DNA of 64,000 bases from Mycobacteriales bacterium (GTDB lineage: Bacteria; Actinomycetota; Actinomycetes; Mycobacteriales; SCTD01). Below the pieces are notes generated by a model. The model had not been told where the DNA came from. It made no database searches and saw only the letters and a program-made list of their open reading frames with translations. Made by a program: the position numbers and the translations under genes. Position 1 is the stretch's first letter; the number at the start of each line of letters is the position of its first letter. Below, piece after piece: positions 60,357 through 64,000 of this stretch. The DNA lies in NCBI GenBank assembly GCA_046593925.1, contig JBKJQN010000097.1, positions 6,273 through 70,272 on the forward strand. The letters are read 5' to 3'.

Positions 60357-61262
60357 CTAGGCGACGGGCGGCGCGGTCGCCGGGTCGTAGGGGGGCGTCT
60401 CCGCTGCGGGGGTGTCGAGTGCGGGCGTCTCGGCTGCGGGGGTGTCGAGTGCAGCGGCGCCGCCGGTCAGCAGCTCCTTCTCCCAGTCCGGCAGTGGCTC
60501 GTCGCCGGCCAGCTGGCCGGCGGGAGCGTTGTCGTAGGACGGCTTGTCGTCGGCTCCGGCATTGGCCTTCGCACCGGCGCGGGCCATCAGGCCCTCCGCG
60601 ACGGCGTCGGCGATGACCCGGGTCAGGACCTGGATCGAGCGGATGGCGTCGTCGTTGCCGGGCACCTTGTAGTCGACGAGGTCGGGGTCGCAGTTGGTGT
60701 CCAGGATCGCCACGACCGGGATGCCGAGCTTGCGGGCCTCGTTGACGGCCAGGTGCTCCTTGTTGGTGTCGACCACCCACACGGCGCTCGGCGTACGGGT
60801 CATCTCGCGGATGCCGCCCAGGGTGCGCTGCAGCTTGATCCGCTCCCGGGACAGCACCAGCGCCTCTTTCTTCGTCAGAACGGTCTGGCCGCCGGTGGTC
60901 TCGATGAGCTCGAGCTCCTTGAGGCGCTGCAGCCGCTTGAAGACGGTCTGGAAGTTGGTCAACATTCCGCCGAGCCAGCGCTCGGTGACGTAGGGCATCC
61001 CGACCCGCCCCGCCTGCTCGACGATGGCCTCCTGCGCCTGGCGCTTCGTCCCGATGAACATGATGGTGCCGCCGTGCGCGACGGTCTCCTTGACGAAGTC
61101 GTACGCGCGGTCGATGTACCCGAGCGTCTGCGTCAGGTCAATGATGTAGATGCCATTGCGCTCAGTGAATATGAAGCGCTTCATCTTCGGGTTCCAGCGC
61201 TTGGTCTGGTGCCCGAAGTGCGCGCCGCTCTCGATGAGCTGGCGCATGGTGACGACGGCCAT
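60357..61262 (-). CDS. rpsB: 30S ribosomal protein S2 with Ala/Pro-rich C-terminal extension
   Basis: [22 protein letters not shown]...WLGGMLTNF...DTNCDP. ATG 61262. The C-terminal tail carries a duplicated [10 protein letters not shown] unit. Confidence 0.95.
   Translation of the reverse strand: MAVVTMRQLIESGAHFGHQTKRWNPKMKRFIFTERNGIYIIDLTQTLGYIDRAYDFVKETVAHGGTIMFIGTKRQAQEAIVEQAGRVGMPYVTERWLGGMLTNFQTVFKRLQRLKELELIETTGGQTVLTKKEALVLSRERIKLQRTLGGIREMTRTPSAVWVVDTNKEHLAVNEARKLGIPVVAILDTNCDPDLVDYKVPGNDDAIRSIQVLTRVIADAVAEGLMARAGAKANAGADDKPSYDNAPAGQLAGDEPLPDWEKELLTGGAAALDTPAAETPALDTPAAETPPYDPATAPPVA
60391..60450. repeat. 30-bp tandem duplication inside the rpsB C-terminal extension
   Basis: 60391-60420 (GGGGGCGTCTCCGCTGCGGGGGTGTCGAGT) and 60421-60450 (GCGGGCGTCTCGGCTGCGGGGGTGTCGAGT), 2 mismatches, in frame. 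Confidence 0.9.
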
Positions 61263-61556
61263 GAGGCCCCTTCGTGTGTTGCGTGCGGTGTTTCCGGCCA
61301 CGTGAGGACCGGGCGCGCACTATCTGGGTTGTCGCGCCCCGCCGGGAGGTGGGACGCCCTGGCGCCCGCAGCGACGACCACCCCGTAGGGACCACTGGAC
61401 GACGCTCACCATCGTGGGGACTGGCTCCGGGCGCGCGAAGTCGACACGGCGGACCGCATCGCTGAGGCGAGTGTACGCGCGCACGCCCAGCGCGGACTGT
61501 CCACAGATCGGTGTCCACCACTGTCCGCTGGACGAAGCGCCCCACAGTCTCAGGCC

Positions 61557-62516
61557 GTGACCCTGCGCCGACTGTCCGCACCCGCTCTGTTGCTGCTTGG
61601 GCTGGGCCTGCTCGTCCGGTCGCCCGCAACCGCGCGCGCGGCCCCCGGATGGGTCTGGCCGCTCGACGGGCCGCACTCCGTCAGCCGGGCGTTCGACCCC
61701 GGCCCGACGCCGTACGCGCCGGGCCACCGCGGCGCCGACCTGCCCGCGGCGCCCGGCGTCGCGGTGCGGGCCGCGGGCGACGGCCGGGTGTCCTACGCGG
61801 GGCTGCTCGCCGGTCGCGGCGTCGTCGTGGTCGAGCATGGCGCCCTGCGTACGACGTACGAACCTGTCACGCCCGTCGTACGGGCCGGCCAGGAGGTCAC
61901 AACCGGGCATCAGATCGGGACGCTCGACGCCGGTCACGAGGGGTGCCCGGTCCTCGCCTGTCTGCACTGGGGGCTCCGCCGAGGTGACGCCTACGTGGAT
62001 CCGGTACGGCTCGTCGACAGCGGGCCGGTACGCCTGCTGCCACGCAACGACGCCGGTTCAGGTGGCGCCGGTGCGTCGCTGCCGGTGGCCGGTGCGGGGT
62101 CGGGTGGGAAACTCCTGCAGAGCGATGACCCCGGGCTGCTGACGGGTGGCGGGTCGAACGACGGCGGCGCGCCCGGTGCTCTGCTGGCACCCCCGGCCGG
62201 CACGGTCGGCTCGTCGGCCGACGTACTGGAACCGCCGGATGCACTGGGCCCGCCGGATGCACTGGGCCCGCCGGATGCACTGGGCCCTCCGGATGCACTG
62301 GGCCCGCCGGATGCACTGGGCCCGCCGGACGACGTGCTGGTCCGACCGGGGCAGAACGGTGCGCCCCGCACCGTCATCGGCGCCGGCTACACCCCGCTGC
62401 CGGGTCGGTGGCCCGCTCCAGCGAACACGGGCAACGCGCTGCTCACGGCGGCTGCGGCGTCGCTGGTCACGGCTGGCTGGGCCTGGAGCCGCCACTCGAG
62501 GGCGCGGGCACCGTGA
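61557..62516 (+). CDS. Secreted M23 family metallopeptidase with repeat region and sortase-signal-like C-terminus
   Basis: Signal peptide (LLLLGLGLLVRSPATARA). M23 motifs PGHRGADL, GRGVVVVEH, HWGLRRGDAYVDP. A (PPDALG)x5 block is followed by PANTG, a hydrophobic helix and a basic tail. Confidence 0.88.
   Translation: MTLRRLSAPALLLLGLGLLVRSPATARAAPGWVWPLDGPHSVSRAFDPGPTPYAPGHRGADLPAAPGVAVRAAGDGRVSYAGLLAGRGVVVVEHGALRTTYEPVTPVVRAGQEVTTGHQIGTLDAGHEGCPVLACLHWGLRRGDAYVDPVRLVDSGPVRLLPRNDAGSGGAGASLPVAGAGSGGKLLQSDDPGLLTGGGSNDGGAPGALLAPPAGTVGSSADVLEPPDALGPPDALGPPDALGPPDALGPPDALGPPDDVLVRPGQNGAPRTVIGAGYTPLPGRWPAPANTGNALLTAAAASLVTAGWAWSRHSRARAP
62232..62330. repeat. 18-bp tandem repeat (CCGCCGGATGCACTGGGC) x5.5, in frame, encoding PPDALG
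   Basis: Copies start at 62232, 62250, 62268, 62286 (one C>T), 62304 and 62322 (partial). The repeats are nearly perfect. Confidence 0.95.
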
Positions 62517-63272
62517 GGCGTGGGACTCTGCGCACAACGGTCGACCCGATGTGCCGTCCTTCGTGTCAGCGGCAGTGATGTCCCGGGGTGGTCGCCAGGC
62601 CGAGGCGCACACCGTCACCCTGAGCGCTGCTCAGCTGGCGGGACCTGTCGAGGTGGACCTGCGGGCTGCCCGGCCCATCTGGTGCCGCAGCGCATCCGTC
62701 CCGCCCCTGGAACGGCTGGACGCCGACATGGGCATGCGCCACGCCCAGCCTCGGACACGCTCCTCACCGATGGGTCCGAGGTTCTGTTCGACGACACCGA
62801 CCGCCGAGGGCGGCACCGCCGTGCGCAAGGTCCCGGATGCGCTGCGCAACGCCGGGGTCACCGTCGACACGATGGCCGACATCAACGGCGGGAATTGGGG
62901 CCGGCGCCTCGACGACGGCCGTGGCTCGCAGAGATCGCCAGCGCTGGCCGGCTCGCCTTTTCAAGGACTACGCGATCGTGCGACAGCGGGCACAGATCGC
63001 TGCGGTCAAGGCCGGCGGCCCCAGCTGCCCTTGCCTCACTCGCGGCGACCCGCGCAGCACCGACCAGGTCGCCTGGTTCCGTTCCTCGCGCACCTGGCAC
63101 GCACCCGGAGGGCCGCGATCAGGCCCGGCCCGTACATCCACGGGGCCAACGAGAACCCGGCTCGAGCTCCGCTGGTCACCGGACCTGTGGGCGAAGCGCA
63201 AGGACTCTCACCGAGGCAGGAGCGCGCTGGTGCCCTGGCAGGATCATCCGCCAACCGGCGTGTCCGGTCGCA

Positions 63273-64000
63273 TCAGTCCTTCTGGTCGGCCAACTTTCCA
63301 CGCAGCTGCAGAACGGCCTTGGTGTGCATCTGGCAGATCCGGCTCTCGGTCACCCCGAGGACCTGGCCGATCTCGGCCAGCGTGAGCCCCTCGTAGTAAT
63401 ATAGGGTCACGACAATCTTCTCGCGCTCCGGCAGCGTGTTGATCGCCTTGGCGAGCAGATGCTTGGTCTCCTCCGACTCGAACGCCTGGACGGGGTCCTC
63501 GGCCTTGGTGTCCTCGAGGGTGTCGACGAGGGAGAGCTTGTCGCCCTTCTCCCCACCCGCCGAGAGCAGCTCATCGAGCGCGACGACGTTGACGAAGCTG
63601 ACCTGGCTAAAGATGGTGTGGAGGTCCTCGAGCGCGATCCCCAGCTCGGCCGCGACCTCGGCCTCTGTCGGCGTCCGGCGCAGCTTGGCCTCGAGCGCCG
63701 CATAGGCCTTCTCGACCTCTCGGGCTTTGTACCGAACCGACCGCGGGATCCAGTCGATCGAGCGGAGCTCGTCAATGATCGCGCCCTTGATGCGGCTGAT
63801 GGCATACGTCTCGAACTTGATGGCGCGCTCGAGGTCGAATTTCTGGATGGCGTCGATCAGCCCGAAGATGCCGTACGAGACGAGGTCGGCCTGTTCGATG
63901 TTGGGCGGCAGTCCCACGCCGACGCGCCCGGCGACGTACTTGACCAGCGGGGAGTAGTGCAGGATCAGCCGCTCGCGCAGCCGTTCCTCACCGGTGGTCT
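63273..64000 (-). CDS. WhiG/FliA family RNA polymerase sigma factor (3' part; start lies beyond the right edge)
   Basis: Region 2 ([14 protein letters not shown]...[18 protein letters not shown]), region 3, and region 4 HTH ([25 protein letters not shown]). The frame stays open to position 64000 (...[26 protein letters not shown]). Confidence 0.9.
   Translation of the reverse strand, partial: TTGEERLRERLILHYSPLVKYVAGRVGVGLPPNIEQADLVSYGIFGLIDAIQKFDLERAIKFETYAISRIKGAIIDELRSIDWIPRSVRYKAREVEKAYAALEAKLRRTPTEAEVAAELGIALEDLHTIFSQVSFVNVVALDELLSAGGEKGDKLSLVDTLEDTKAEDPVQAFESEETKHLLAKAINTLPEREKIVVTLYYYEGLTLAEIGQVLGVTESRICQMHTKAVLQLRGKLADQKD

Noticed and set aside
61263-61556. Cyclic-di-AMP (ydaO-type) riboswitch or rpsB leader in the 294-bp rpsB/M23-peptidase divergent spacer
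   Set aside because: ydaO elements often precede actinobacterial cell-wall hydrolases, so I looked for the remembered core motifs (GGGGAnCC..., CGGGGUGAAUC, CCGACAGCUAACCUCGUA). Only loose fragments such as CGGGGTGGTC appear. A covariance-model scan would be needed, so it is not reported as a feature.
62232-62330. Possible CRISPR-like array (regular 18-bp repeats)
   Set aside because: The repeats are contiguous with no spacers, in frame inside the M23 peptidase gene, and encode PPDALG. This is a coding VNTR, not a CRISPR array.

Overview
This is a very GC-rich chromosomal core segment of an Actinomycetota genome; third codon positions are almost always G/C. The genus cannot be determined from the sequence alone. 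I count about 60 intact protein genes. Most lie on the minus strand, and many are chained by 1-8 nt start/stop overlaps (GTGA/ATGA type).

The gene order is the classic actinobacterial housekeeping array: clgR-pspA, cinA, pgsA, rimO, ftsK, rnj, dapA, thyX ... dapB, M16 peptidase, pnp, rpsO, ribF, truB, nrnA, rbfA, DUF503, infB, ylxR, nusA, rimP ... ybaK, proS ... ispG, site-2 protease, dxr ... rlmN, cdsA, frr, pyrH, tsf, rpsB, M23 peptidase ... a WhiG/FliA-type sigma factor. As I remember it, this matches the order of M. tuberculosis Rv2744c to Rv2890c.

I saw no rRNA, tRNA, CRISPR array, prophage, biosynthetic cluster or recognisable defence system.

Content that is not plain housekeeping:
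- Three tandem, translationally coupled AIM24/DUF124 paralogues plus a TM/TPR-like protein sit downstream of dapB. This is the best candidate for an uncharacterised multi-subunit module.
- A 2.5 kb accessory islet holds a DUF222/HNH endonuclease and a frameshifted IS5-family transposase remnant.
- A secreted RCC1-repeat protein is inserted between ribF and rpsO.
- Two tandem Nei/Fpg glycosylases bracket an ABM monooxygenase, and a YcaQ/AlkZ-type glycosylase lies elsewhere in the window.
- At least four genes are decayed: a PhoD-like phosphatase, a GNAT with two in-frame nonsense codons, the IS5 transposase, and an ATPase-like remnant.
- A 756 bp stretch downstream of the M23 peptidase gene is apparently gene-less, with fragmented coding signal in three plus-strand frames.
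- Short in-frame tandem duplications recur exactly at gene starts or stops.
- Two high-GC3 small ORFs are not called as separate ORFs in the supplied track (the 43-aa one is absent; the 69-aa one is embedded in a longer listed ORF).

All family assignments come from reading the translations against remembered family motifs. No database search was possible.
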